Shown: positions 50,364-59,456, numbered from the stretch's first letter. The stretch is 64,000 bases of DNA from an uncultured Anaerolineales bacterium (GCA_964549495.1 CAZJWJ010000008.1:514-64513); one strand, 5' to 3'. Made by a program: numbers and translations. The notes: generated from the sequence alone by a model not told the origin.

Positions 50364-51463
50364 GCGGAGGGCTCCTGGGGAATGAAGACGTATTGCGGCT
50401 CACCCGTGGGCAGCGTCTCGCTCCGGAAGCAGCGATAGCCAAGCGCCTGCAGCTGTCGGTCGAGCCCGTTCATGAAGCCCGGAATGCGCGCCTTGCGCGT
50501 GTCCAGGCCCTCGGCCAACTCGCTGAGCGAGACCGAGCCATTCTCCGACAGGAGCCACAAAGCACGCCGCTGTCGCTTGTCGAGCTCGTCGAGGACGGTC
50601 GGAGACAGAGGTGGCCGATCGTCGGTTTCATCACCGGCACCCGCGACCGTACCCACCTCATCATTCGGCTCCAGTGGTTTTGGCGGCACCGGCGACCTCG
50701 GCGACTTCGACGACTCCGGCGGCTTGGTCGTCGCGGGCTCCGCCTGCTCGCGCACCGAGACGGCCGGCATGTCAGCATAGGCTCGGATGTCGATTCCTTC
50801 CGACGCTGATCCACTGTCATCCAGTTGCGGCTGATTTGCCGGAATGGGGTCGGTCGACGGGACGTCCATTGCAGTCAGCTCGCGCTCGCCCTCGAGCAAG
50901 GGCTCGAGCGGGTCGGACCTGAAGCGCCCACCGGCCCACAGTCGTCGCCACATGACCACCGCGATGCCGAAGCTCAGGATCAAGAGCGTGAGCATGATCT
51001 GATTCGAGCGAGGATCGTCGGTGGTCAGGAATTCGTCGCCGAAGACGATGATCATGCCGATCACCCAAACGACGAACACCACCACGCTGAGCACCGTGAC
51101 CGCGGCGAGGTGCAGCCCAGCGCCGAGGCTGGCGACGACGGAATGCATGCGCGCCTGCACCTGCTCCGTGGGCGTGAGCCCGGCCGGCAGGCTCTGCAGC
51201 GGTCCGTGCGAGCGCAGCCAGCGGGCGCCGAGCACGGTCATGCCCAGGGTCAGGGCCATGGCAAGGCGGAATTGGGCGTCCGACATGCCCTCGCCCGTGC
51301 TCTGGATCCCGAGCAGCATCTCGCCGACGGCGAGGATGACCGCGGCCATCACGAAGGCCAAGGGCCCTGCGATGGACACGCGGAGAATCCAGAGCAGGCA
51401 CCCGCCGAGCTGCGCCGGATCGGGCCCAGCCGCGAGCTGGTCCTCTGGCTTCTGGATCGTCAT
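50360..51463 (-). CDS. uncharacterised multi-TM protein with Pro/acidic linker and C-terminal winged-helix-like module (non-canonical BREX-embedded gene)
   Basis: ATGA overlaps with both the pglZ stop and the brxD start. 4-5 TM helices in aa 20-170. The C-terminal 70 aa are ~45% identical to the PglZ C-terminal tail. Confidence 0.75.
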   Translation of the reverse strand: MTIQKPEDQLAAGPDPAQLGGCLLWILRVSIAGPLAFVMAAVILAVGEMLLGIQSTGEGMSDAQFRLAMALTLGMTVLGARWLRSHGPLQSLPAGLTPTEQVQARMHSVVASLGAGLHLAAVTVLSVVVFVVWVIGMIIVFGDEFLTTDDPRSNQIMLTLLILSFGIAVVMWRRLWAGGRFRSDPLEPLLEGERELTAMDVPSTDPIPANQPQLDDSGSASEGIDIRAYADMPAVSVREQAEPATTKPPESSKSPRSPVPPKPLEPNDEVGTVAGAGDETDDRPPLSPTVLDELDKRQRRALWLLSENGSVSLSELAEGLDTRKARIPGFMNGLDRQLQALGYRCFRSETLPTGEPQYVFIPQEPSA

Positions 51464-54042
51464 CCACCACCCCGCCAGCTGTACTGATGCTCGCCCGAGC
51501 CCAGGCGCTCGACCTCGAAGAGCGGTTGCCCTTCGGCCTGGAGCGTGTGGTGGAGCTTGGTCATGAAGCCGCGCACCCGAGCCGGGCGCATCTCCAAGCT
51601 GCGAGCCAGCTCGGTCTCGGTCAGGGTCCGGTTGCCGGCCAAGAGCGCCAGGGCCCGCTGCTCGTTGTCGTCGAGGCCCTGCGCGATGCCCTCGGGGATC
51701 TCCGCCGGCAGCCGGCGCGGAACGGCCACCGGCTTCGGCTCGACGGGCTTGGCCGGCACCTCCGGCAGGGCCGCGGCGACCAAATCCCCCGCGGGACCAG
51801 GCTCTTCAACGACCGCGTCCAGCTCCACGTGCTCCGGGAACCTCTCTCGCGCCGCGGGCCCGGCATCGAACCACCAAGCCGGCTCCTCGGCCGGCAAGCC
51901 GCCCCGCTCCAACCAAGCCAAGGGCACGGCCATCTCCTCCAGCCCGCAACCCCCGTGGTAGCCCACCTTGGGTTGGTTGCCGCGATAGGCCGACATCCGC
52001 CAGGCAAAGGCCTGGCGCGCATCGGTGCCGCCAAGCCCGTGGGTGTCGATCTCGATGAAACCCGCCGGCGCAGCCTCGCCCTTGCCGAGCGCCAGGAAGC
52101 GCGCGGTGGCCCCGGCGCTGACGCGATGGTCGGTGCTGGCATGCAGGCTGTGGCCGTGATCGCTGGTGAGCAGGACGCTGCGGCCGGCGTCGAAGGCCGC
52201 GTTCAGGGCCGGCAGCAGGCCGGCGATCTGATCGGCGCGGACCTGCACCGAGAGGCCGGCCGCGCTGCCGATGAGGTCGTCCACGGTGTTGTAGACCGCT
52301 ACGACCAGCCGCGGACCGTCGGCGGCCAGGGCCGCGCGCAGCGAGGCGCCGCCATCGGCCAGGTCGCCCTTGAGGAAGAGCTGCGTGCTCAGGCTCTCGA
52401 GCCAGTCGTTCTGGTTGAGCCGCGCCTTGTCGGTCTTGGCCGCCTCGGCCTGCCAGGTCGATTCCTCGACCAGGGGATCGTCGGGAATCTTGCCCGCCAT
52501 CAGGGCGCCGCGGGCGTGGCTGGTGATCGAGGGCAGGATGGAGATGCCCAGCGGCAGCTCGGCAGCGCCAAGGTCCTCGCCCAGCTCCAGGCCGATGCCC
52601 GTCCCCGCCGTCGCGGCCAGCTGCCACAGCAGCTCGTTGAAGACGGCCAGGCTGCAGCCGTCCAAGACCACGACGAAGACCGGCCGGCCGCTCTGGTCGA
52701 TGCGCGGCCGGGCCACATCGCGCAGGATGTTGTGCATCGGCACGACGCCATCCTGCCCGATGGCCGCAGGGTAGTCCTCGGCCAAGGACTTGGCGAAGGC
52801 CAGGTTCTCGGCGTCGCGCCGCTTGCGCCAGGCGTCCAGGACGGCCCCGGCCTCCGAATGGAAGCTGCCGGTGGCCGCCAGGCAGCGCTGCATTCGCATC
52901 GCGGCCAAATCGGCAAAGGCGCCGTGGCGCTGGTAGGCGCGCAGGCGGGCGTCGATGGCGCTGGCCGAGCTCTCCTCCGTGGCCAGGTAGCGCGAGAGGC
53001 GGGCCAGCTCGGCGAGCAGGGCCAGCTCGCGCCGATAGGCGTCCACGGCGCGATGGCGCTCGAGCCATTCGATCTCTTCGCGCCCGATGGCCTCGCCCGC
53101 GGCGGCGCGATCGGCGATCTGCGCGGCGCGGTTCTCGAAGCCCAGCGGAAGGATGTGGCTCCGGGCGATCAGCGAGGGGGCAAGTAGCTGGCGGGCGAGG
53201 CTGTCGGCCTGCTTCAGGTAGGGTGCCGCGGCCGGCCCCATCTCGTCCAGCACCTTCTCGATCAGCTGGACGATGCTCCGGCGCAGGCTATCGGACGGCA
53301 GGCCGACGTGGGCATCGTCGAGCGCGCCGTCGAGCGGGCCCCAGACGGCCAGCGGCAGCTCGTCGGACTCGGTGGCCAGCAGGATGCCGTGGACCAGCAG
53401 GGCTTCCAGGCGACCCGGCTCGGCCAGGCTCCAGGCCAGGATGCGGCCCTGGGTGCCCAAGTGGACGGGGGACTGGCGCCTGAAGAGCCGGCGGACGGGC
53501 GGCTCCAGCGCGGGGCCCTTGGCCAGCAGCTTGGCGACCACGCCGGCCGCGCTGGCGCTGCGGATGCGCTGTTCGAGGATGATCTCGATCAGCAGCTCTT
53601 CCAGCAGCTGGGCATCGACGACGGTGGGTAGGGTGCGCTGGGCCATGGTCTGGCGCAGCTGCGGGGCGTGGTCCAGGGCCAGCTGCTGCAGCTCTGGGTC
53701 CTCCACGCCGCTGACCTGCACGCCCAGGGCCACCGAAAGGATGTCGACGATGGACAGGGTGTGCACGTGCCCGCTGCAGGAGCGCTCGAGCAGATCGGGC
53801 GGCAGCCGCTGCGCCAGCTCGCGCGGCATCAGCGCGATGAAGGGCGCCCCATCCGCCTTCCAGACCGTCCGCCGCAGGGCCAGCTCGGTCTCGCTGCGGC
53901 AGACGGTGAACTTGCTGCCGCCGGCCTCGACGGCCTCGGGCAGGTCACCCAGCCCGCCTTCGTCCAGCGCCAGCACGTAACCGCCGCGCTCGGCGCAGCC
54001 GGCCATCTCGATCAGGCGCTGGATCAGGGGCGTGGCGTTCAT
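51460..54042 (-). CDS. pglZ: BREX alkaline-phosphatase-superfamily protein PglZ, with extra C-terminal winged-helix-like module
   Basis: PglZ core: VFVVVLDGCSLAVF, SITSHARGALMAGK, VYNTVDDLIG, VLLTSDHGH. 860 aa. ATGA overlap with the brxC/pglY stop. Confidence 0.9.
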   Translation of the reverse strand: MNATPLIQRLIEMAGCAERGGYVLALDEGGLGDLPEAVEAGGSKFTVCRSETELALRRTVWKADGAPFIALMPRELAQRLPPDLLERSCSGHVHTLSIVDILSVALGVQVSGVEDPELQQLALDHAPQLRQTMAQRTLPTVVDAQLLEELLIEIILEQRIRSASAAGVVAKLLAKGPALEPPVRRLFRRQSPVHLGTQGRILAWSLAEPGRLEALLVHGILLATESDELPLAVWGPLDGALDDAHVGLPSDSLRRSIVQLIEKVLDEMGPAAAPYLKQADSLARQLLAPSLIARSHILPLGFENRAAQIADRAAAGEAIGREEIEWLERHRAVDAYRRELALLAELARLSRYLATEESSASAIDARLRAYQRHGAFADLAAMRMQRCLAATGSFHSEAGAVLDAWRKRRDAENLAFAKSLAEDYPAAIGQDGVVPMHNILRDVARPRIDQSGRPVFVVVLDGCSLAVFNELLWQLAATAGTGIGLELGEDLGAAELPLGISILPSITSHARGALMAGKIPDDPLVEESTWQAEAAKTDKARLNQNDWLESLSTQLFLKGDLADGGASLRAALAADGPRLVVAVYNTVDDLIGSAAGLSVQVRADQIAGLLPALNAAFDAGRSVLLTSDHGHSLHASTDHRVSAGATARFLALGKGEAAPAGFIEIDTHGLGGTDARQAFAWRMSAYRGNQPKVGYHGGCGLEEMAVPLAWLERGGLPAEEPAWWFDAGPAARERFPEHVELDAVVEEPGPAGDLVAAALPEVPAKPVEPKPVAVPRRLPAEIPEGIAQGLDDNEQRALALLAGNRTLTETELARSLEMRPARVRGFMTKLHHTLQAEGQPLFEVERLGSGEHQYSWRGGG

Positions 54043-57000
54043 GCGCCAGCATCGTCCTCGGGCTTGCGGCGCAGGGTGATGTCGATGCGCAGCTCGGCGG
54101 CGCCCTGGGCGGCCTGGGCAATCTGCGACCTGAGCTTGCTGATGAAGGTGTCGACTTCACGCGGGTCGATCGGCTTGTCTCGCTCGTGGAAGACCTCTTC
54201 GAAGTCGCGAGGTGGCTCCGGATCTGGGTCCGGATCCGGGTCGGGGTCCGGCTTGACCGTGATCAGCTTTCGCACGAGATCTGCGGCATGCTCGTTCCAG
54301 TCGTGGATCTTGGCACCCGTCAACGTGCTGTGCTGTCGCTCCGGCTCCAACCAATGCTGAAGCTTCTCCACATGGTGTTGGATCTCCTTGCCGAGCACGG
54401 GATTGCCGAGTGCCCGTCTCAAATAGCCCAGATCATCCTCGTCGACCCGCTTGACCAACTCGAGGTCGGCCTCCGCACCCCGCGTGACGCCCCGCAGGGG
54501 GTCGTCGATGTCGTCGGGCCAGGCGCTCACCAGGGCGGCCAGCATGTGGTAGGAGTCGAGCTTGGTGTCGTCTACGGGCTGGAGGCGGTCGATGGCCTGG
54601 CGCAGCTCGCTGAGGCGCGGCGTCTGCTCGCTGCCGCCCAGGCGGACCAGTAGCGAGTGCAGGCTCCGCAGCTGCTGGCGGGCCAGGTGGCCGGCCTCGC
54701 GGATCTGGCCGCCCCAGGCGTCCTGGATGCCCAGGGTGCGGTAGGCGGTGGGTTCCTCCAGGCCGAAGAGGACCGCGCCCAGGTTGCGCGCGCGGCTCCA
54801 CTCGGCGGCTTCGAGGACCGGTGCGCGTTCGAGCAGCAGGCCGACGCGGGCGTTGTTGTCCAGCTTGCCCGGGTCGATGGGGTCACCGGTCTTCTCGGCC
54901 AGGGTGCGGTAGCTGCGGGAGCGCAGGACGAAGAAGAGGAATAGGTTGCGCAGGGCCGGCTGCAAGCCGTACTCCTCGGTCAGCGCGTTGTCGATGGGCG
55001 CCCAGAGCAGGCTCGCCTCGCCCAGGGGCTGGAGCACGTGCTGGATGTAACGGGTGTCCTGCCGCAACTGGCCGTGGGTCTGTCCGAGCTTGACGACCTC
55101 GAGCGGCTCGCCCAGGTCGCGCAGGACGCGCTCGGTCTTGTCGTCGAATGGAGCGCGGGCGCTTTCGGTCTCGGAGGCTTGGAGCATCCAGCCCAGGAGG
55201 GTCTCCAAATCTCCGGTGGTGGGCCGGGACTTGAAGCTGGGGTGCTGCGGGTAGCGTCGGTCGAGCAGGCTGCGCGCGAAGTGCTCCAGGTTGTCGGACA
55301 GCTCGGGCTTGGGGATGCTCTCCTCGACGTCGCCGACCATGGCGATGATCTCGCCGCGGTCGCGGTAGGCGCTCTTGATGGCCTCTTGGAGTTGGGCACG
55401 CAAGGTGGCGGCGCGCTTCTCGGCCCGGTCGACCAGCTGGAGCTGGTCGGAGGGGTCGCGGTTGGGCATCAGGCTCTTGCGGCCTTCGGGGCTGGCGATC
55501 AGCTCGCAGGCGGCCAGGTCGGTGATCAGGTCCAGCTCGTGGGGGGTGAAGTGGCGGGGCAGCCAGCAGATGGTGTAGAGCGAGCCTTCGGCCTTGCGCA
55601 CGGTGGGCACGCGCAGGCGGTCGTCCTCGACCGAGAAGCCGGCTTCGTCCCAGGGGTAGTCGATGACGATGCGGAACTCGGCCGAGCCGGGGCGGAAGCG
55701 CTCGTAGGGCATGGCGCGGATGTTGCCGATGCACAGGCTGCCGCGCCGCTCGGTGTTGCGCCAGTTGACGCGCAGGGGCCCGTCGTTGTTGTCCTGGGGG
55801 CCGAATCCGCTCTGGCCGGCGATGCCCAGCTGCTGCTTGAAGACGCTGTAGAAGGTGTGGAAGCGGCGCTGCAAATTGTCGACGCTGCTCTTGGCGCGTT
55901 CGAGCAGCTCGCCGAAGTCGGGGCCCTCGATGGTGATGCTGACCACGGCGTTGCCGCCAGAGCCGCTGATCTGCACGGCCGGGATGCGCCGCGAGAGCTC
56001 GAGCAGGTCGCCGGCGGTGACCGACATGCGCCCGAGGTCGGTGCGGCCCTGGACTTCGACGTCGTTGAAGCGCACCAGGCGATCGACGCTCAGGTCGGCA
56101 AAGCCGGAGCTGAGCCGGGGCGAGACCTTGCCCAGGAGGCTGGTCTTGACCAGTTGGGCCAGGGTGTGGGCGCGGCGCTCGTCGATGCTGCCCAGGTTCT
56201 CGTCGGCGGCCATGCTGGCGATGGCCGGGCCGATGCGTTGGTGGTAGAGGTTGTTGATGGCCTGCAGGGTGGTGACGCGGCGGTAGCCGATGAAGTTGTC
56301 GGTGGGAAAGATGAAGTCGAAGGCGCTGCCGACGGGCACCAGCTCGCCCAATGGCAAGTCGCGGCTGGCGATGAGCAGCTGGTAGAGCAGGCGCAGGGCG
56401 GTGCGGTCGCGCTGCAACAGCGAGGAGACGTCGATGAGCATCTCGATGAGCGCGGGGTGGTAGGGGTAGACGTCGCGCAGGTAGTCTTCGTCGCCGGATT
56501 GCAGGATGGTGGGCAGCAGCTTGCTGTGGCGCTCGGTCAGGGCGTCGAGGACGGGCGCGAGCTTGTCGGGGTCCTTGACCTTCAACACCCGCTCGCGGAC
56601 GATGTGCCGCAGCTCGACGTCCTCCAGGGTGATCAGCTCGAAGCGCTCGCGGTGGTGGTCGAGGTGCTCGTGGAGCTCTTCGTTGTCGCTCATGTCGGGG
56701 AAGAAGTCGGAGAAGCGCCGCTGGCGGGCCATCAGGACGGCCAGGGGGATGTCGCGCGGGCCGCCGCTGAAGTCGACCATCACGTTGAGCTGGTTGATGG
56801 CGGCCTTGAAGTCGTGGTCGTCCTTGCCGGAGAGCCACAGCAGCATCTCGTCGAGCATCAGCACCAGGCCGTCGAAGCCTTGCTGCTTCAGGTGCGTGGC
56901 CAGCCGGCGCAGGCCTTCGGCCCAGGCGGGGTTGATGCCGGCCTGCTCGGCGCTCATGCCCTTGTATTCCAGGTAAGCCAGGGCGAACTTCTCGCGCGGC

Positions 57001-57614
57001 TTGATGTCCTGGCTGCCCAGCAAGTGCTCGAGTACTTCCTGGGCATCGGGGACGCCGACGCTTTCCATGCCCTTCCAGAAGGCCTCGCCGTAGCGCTGGC
57101 CTTCGCGCTGGGCCTGCTGCAGCACGCCGTCGACGTCGATGAACTCGAAGAGCGGCTTGCCGCGCTTGTCCAGCTCGCGGTTGACGGCTTCGTAGACCAG
57201 GCGGTCGAAGCGGTCGGATTGCCGGGCGGCGCTCATCAGGTTGACGCGCACGACCAAGAGCTCGCGCTCGGCCACCCAGGGGCGGAACTGGCTGCGCAGC
57301 TCGCCGACGAAGGGGTGGTCTTTCTGCCAGGCCACGTCGGAGTTCTCGAGCAGGTAGCTCAGGTAGCCCATGAAGTGGCTCTTGCCGGAGCCAAAGCTGC
57401 CGTGGATGAACCAGCCCACGCCCTTGCCCTGCTTGAGCTCGGCCTTCATGCGCGTCAGCACGGCCCGCAGATCGTCCTGCACGCCGGGCGTCAGCACGTA
57501 GCTGTCGACCAGGCGCTGGGGCGAGTGCTCACCTTCGTCGATCTGGATGACGAAGTCGAGGGCGGAGATGCCGCTGGGAATCTCGAAGACGTCGTCGAGC
57601 GTCACCTGACTCAT
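54039..57614 (-). CDS. pglY: BREX large P-loop ATPase PglY/BrxC
   Basis: 1191 aa. WFIHGSFGSGKSHFMGYL (Walker A), LVLMLDEMLLW (Walker B). Length and position are typical of BrxC/PglY. Confidence 0.85.
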   Translation of the reverse strand: MSQVTLDDVFEIPSGISALDFVIQIDEGEHSPQRLVDSYVLTPGVQDDLRAVLTRMKAELKQGKGVGWFIHGSFGSGKSHFMGYLSYLLENSDVAWQKDHPFVGELRSQFRPWVAERELLVVRVNLMSAARQSDRFDRLVYEAVNRELDKRGKPLFEFIDVDGVLQQAQREGQRYGEAFWKGMESVGVPDAQEVLEHLLGSQDIKPREKFALAYLEYKGMSAEQAGINPAWAEGLRRLATHLKQQGFDGLVLMLDEMLLWLSGKDDHDFKAAINQLNVMVDFSGGPRDIPLAVLMARQRRFSDFFPDMSDNEELHEHLDHHRERFELITLEDVELRHIVRERVLKVKDPDKLAPVLDALTERHSKLLPTILQSGDEDYLRDVYPYHPALIEMLIDVSSLLQRDRTALRLLYQLLIASRDLPLGELVPVGSAFDFIFPTDNFIGYRRVTTLQAINNLYHQRIGPAIASMAADENLGSIDERRAHTLAQLVKTSLLGKVSPRLSSGFADLSVDRLVRFNDVEVQGRTDLGRMSVTAGDLLELSRRIPAVQISGSGGNAVVSITIEGPDFGELLERAKSSVDNLQRRFHTFYSVFKQQLGIAGQSGFGPQDNNDGPLRVNWRNTERRGSLCIGNIRAMPYERFRPGSAEFRIVIDYPWDEAGFSVEDDRLRVPTVRKAEGSLYTICWLPRHFTPHELDLITDLAACELIASPEGRKSLMPNRDPSDQLQLVDRAEKRAATLRAQLQEAIKSAYRDRGEIIAMVGDVEESIPKPELSDNLEHFARSLLDRRYPQHPSFKSRPTTGDLETLLGWMLQASETESARAPFDDKTERVLRDLGEPLEVVKLGQTHGQLRQDTRYIQHVLQPLGEASLLWAPIDNALTEEYGLQPALRNLFLFFVLRSRSYRTLAEKTGDPIDPGKLDNNARVGLLLERAPVLEAAEWSRARNLGAVLFGLEEPTAYRTLGIQDAWGGQIREAGHLARQQLRSLHSLLVRLGGSEQTPRLSELRQAIDRLQPVDDTKLDSYHMLAALVSAWPDDIDDPLRGVTRGAEADLELVKRVDEDDLGYLRRALGNPVLGKEIQHHVEKLQHWLEPERQHSTLTGAKIHDWNEHAADLVRKLITVKPDPDPDPDPDPEPPRDFEEVFHERDKPIDPREVDTFISKLRSQIAQAAQGAAELRIDITLRRKPEDDAGA

Positions 57615-57701
57615 CGGCTGGGTCCTTGGCTGTGCATGTCGTATCGGTGGAGGCGGCGGAGAGGCCAGCCCGTGAACGGTGCGGCGTCCGTCAGGGCTCG
57701 C

Positions 57702-59456
57702 CTAGTCGTCGCCAAGGCGGATCGCCCCCTGTTCGAGGATCTGATGCGCGAGCTGCTTGGGGTTGTAACCGCCCGGGATGCGCACCAGCGGCTTGTCGTA
57801 GGTGTCGCAGTAGGCCTTGACCTCACTGTATCCGTGGCTCGACCAGCGGATCAAGAGCAGCACGACCGCGACATCGGTCCGGGCGATGGCCGATTCGAAC
57901 TCGGTATAGGAGGCCGCTCCGCCGTCCAACCACAAGAGCTCGCTGAGGCCGAAGGCCCGCTCGATGCGCTTCTTGTGTCGTGGGCGCTGGATGCCGCCGA
58001 TCAGCACGACGGCCTCACCCTCCAACAAGGCGCGGACGCGCTCTTCCTCTTCGCTCGGCGTTTCGGCAGCGATGTCGTCGTCTTGGAGATGCGCGGTTTC
58101 GGTCTCGCGCGATGCCAGGTACCGGTCGATGGCCCGCGAGGTGAGCAGGACGTTCTGGCCGGGCTCGATCTCATCCGGGATGTCGTCGAAGACGGGCAGC
58201 AAGATGTCGCGCAGTTGGACGCTGCTGGGTGCCACGCCCGACTCGACCAGTTTGTCGACGGCGTCCAGCGCCCGGTCCCAATCTTCGCGAGCGCCAGGGC
58301 CGGTTGCGCCGCGAATGCGCTGGATGTGATAGCGCAGCCGTCCCCATTGCCGTGCCTGGTCGCGGCCGACGCTGAGCTGCGCCTCGAGTTCATCGCGCAA
58401 TTCGGCGCAACGTTCGCGCAGGCTTCCCCATGCGCCCGGGTCGGCGGGATCGGTCAGGCGCATGTAGCGCGAGAGGTAGATGCGCTGGCGATCGGTGATG
58501 GAGCGGAGCCAGCCGAAGGCGTCACGTTGGCTCTCGTCACTGCGCTCGTCGAGTCTGGCCACGGCGAGGCGCAGGGCGGATTGGGCTTCGGCCAGGAGGG
58601 CCAGGGCCTGGCTCAGGGCGTCGGAGAGCTCGTCGGTTTCGAGGATCATCGCGCAGAGTCGCAGGGCATCGGCCAGCGCTTCGAAGTTCCCCGCCAATTC
58701 GTCCCAATCTCCCGGGTCGGTGGGGACGGGCGCGTCGCTACGGCACATCCACAACGAGACCTTGGCGCTGTGGCCCTTGCGCAAGATCTCGCGATCGCCG
58801 GGCGCGATCTCGGTATGGAAGTCCACGCCCCGCGCCAAGCGCCGCTGCCGCTCCCCGACCCAACGCGCGGCCTCCGCCTTCAGGCTCGCGTCGCCGGCCA
58901 GCCGGATCAGCAAGCGGCTCTGCGGCTCCGGCGCGGATGCTTCGGTGCCTGTCCGCCCCTGGTCTACGGTCTGTGACGCAGCCATCTCGGCGCGCGCAGC
59001 TTCGCGGGCTCGTCGGGCTTCTCGAGCCTCCTCGGCACGTTCGGCTTCGCGGGCGGCCAATACCTGTGCGATCCGCTCCTCGAGCGATTCGGGCTCTTCG
59101 GGCTCCTCCTCGTCTTCGTCGGCCTGGTCGGTGCTGGCATCTTCGTCGCGATCGGCCTGGTCGCCTTCGTCATCGGCGTCCGTCGCCGGCGCTTCGGCCG
59201 CGGGCTCGCCGGCACCGGCTTCGTCGATCTGCTCGGGCTGGTCGGCGACCGCGTCCAACTCCGGCTGGCGCAACGCGCGCTGGATTCGGTCGGCCGCTTC
59301 GAGCAGGATCGCCCGCAGCTCGGCGTCTTCCTCCGCCAGCTTCGAGAGCCGCAGCAGCAGCGGGAGCATGCTCTCCGCGAGCGAAGCGGCATCACCGCGA
59401 ACCTCTCCGCCCGGCTCCGTCCGATCCTGGTTCATGCCTTGACCCTCGTCGCTCAT
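57702..59456 (-). CDS. uncharacterised acidic protein with DUF2325-like C-terminal domain (non-canonical BREX-embedded gene)
   Basis: True start is the ATG at 59456, forming an ATGA overlap with the pglX stop; the track's 730-aa form carries a Gly/Arg junk extension inside pglX. D/E-rich aa ~70-135, helical middle. C-terminus VVLIGGIQRPRHKKRIERAFGL...TDVAVVLLLIRWSSHGYSEVKAYCDTYDKPLVRIPGGYNP. Confidence 0.8.
   Translation of the reverse strand: MSDEGQGMNQDRTEPGGEVRGDAASLAESMLPLLLRLSKLAEEDAELRAILLEAADRIQRALRQPELDAVADQPEQIDEAGAGEPAAEAPATDADDEGDQADRDEDASTDQADEDEEEPEEPESLEERIAQVLAAREAERAEEAREARRAREAARAEMAASQTVDQGRTGTEASAPEPQSRLLIRLAGDASLKAEAARWVGERQRRLARGVDFHTEIAPGDREILRKGHSAKVSLWMCRSDAPVPTDPGDWDELAGNFEALADALRLCAMILETDELSDALSQALALLAEAQSALRLAVARLDERSDESQRDAFGWLRSITDRQRIYLSRYMRLTDPADPGAWGSLRERCAELRDELEAQLSVGRDQARQWGRLRYHIQRIRGATGPGAREDWDRALDAVDKLVESGVAPSSVQLRDILLPVFDDIPDEIEPGQNVLLTSRAIDRYLASRETETAHLQDDDIAAETPSEEEERVRALLEGEAVVLIGGIQRPRHKKRIERAFGLSELLWLDGGAASYTEFESAIARTDVAVVLLLIRWSSHGYSEVKAYCDTYDKPLVRIPGGYNPKQLAHQILEQGAIRLGDD

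Noticed and set aside
54214-54253. Hexanucleotide simple repeat (ggatcy/gggtcc)n inside pglY encoding (PD)n; considered as a phase-variation tract
   Set aside because: The unit length is a multiple of 3, so slippage would only change the linker length and not the frame. The repeat is imperfect and there is no homopolymer tract.
55038-58976. 1312-aa plus-strand ORF antisense to pglY/brxC and the DUF2325-like gene
   Set aside because: It has no motifs and is very rich in Ala/Gly/Val/Leu/Asp/Glu. It is the exact antisense of a P-loop ATPase with clear Walker motifs, so it is a GC-driven shadow ORF.
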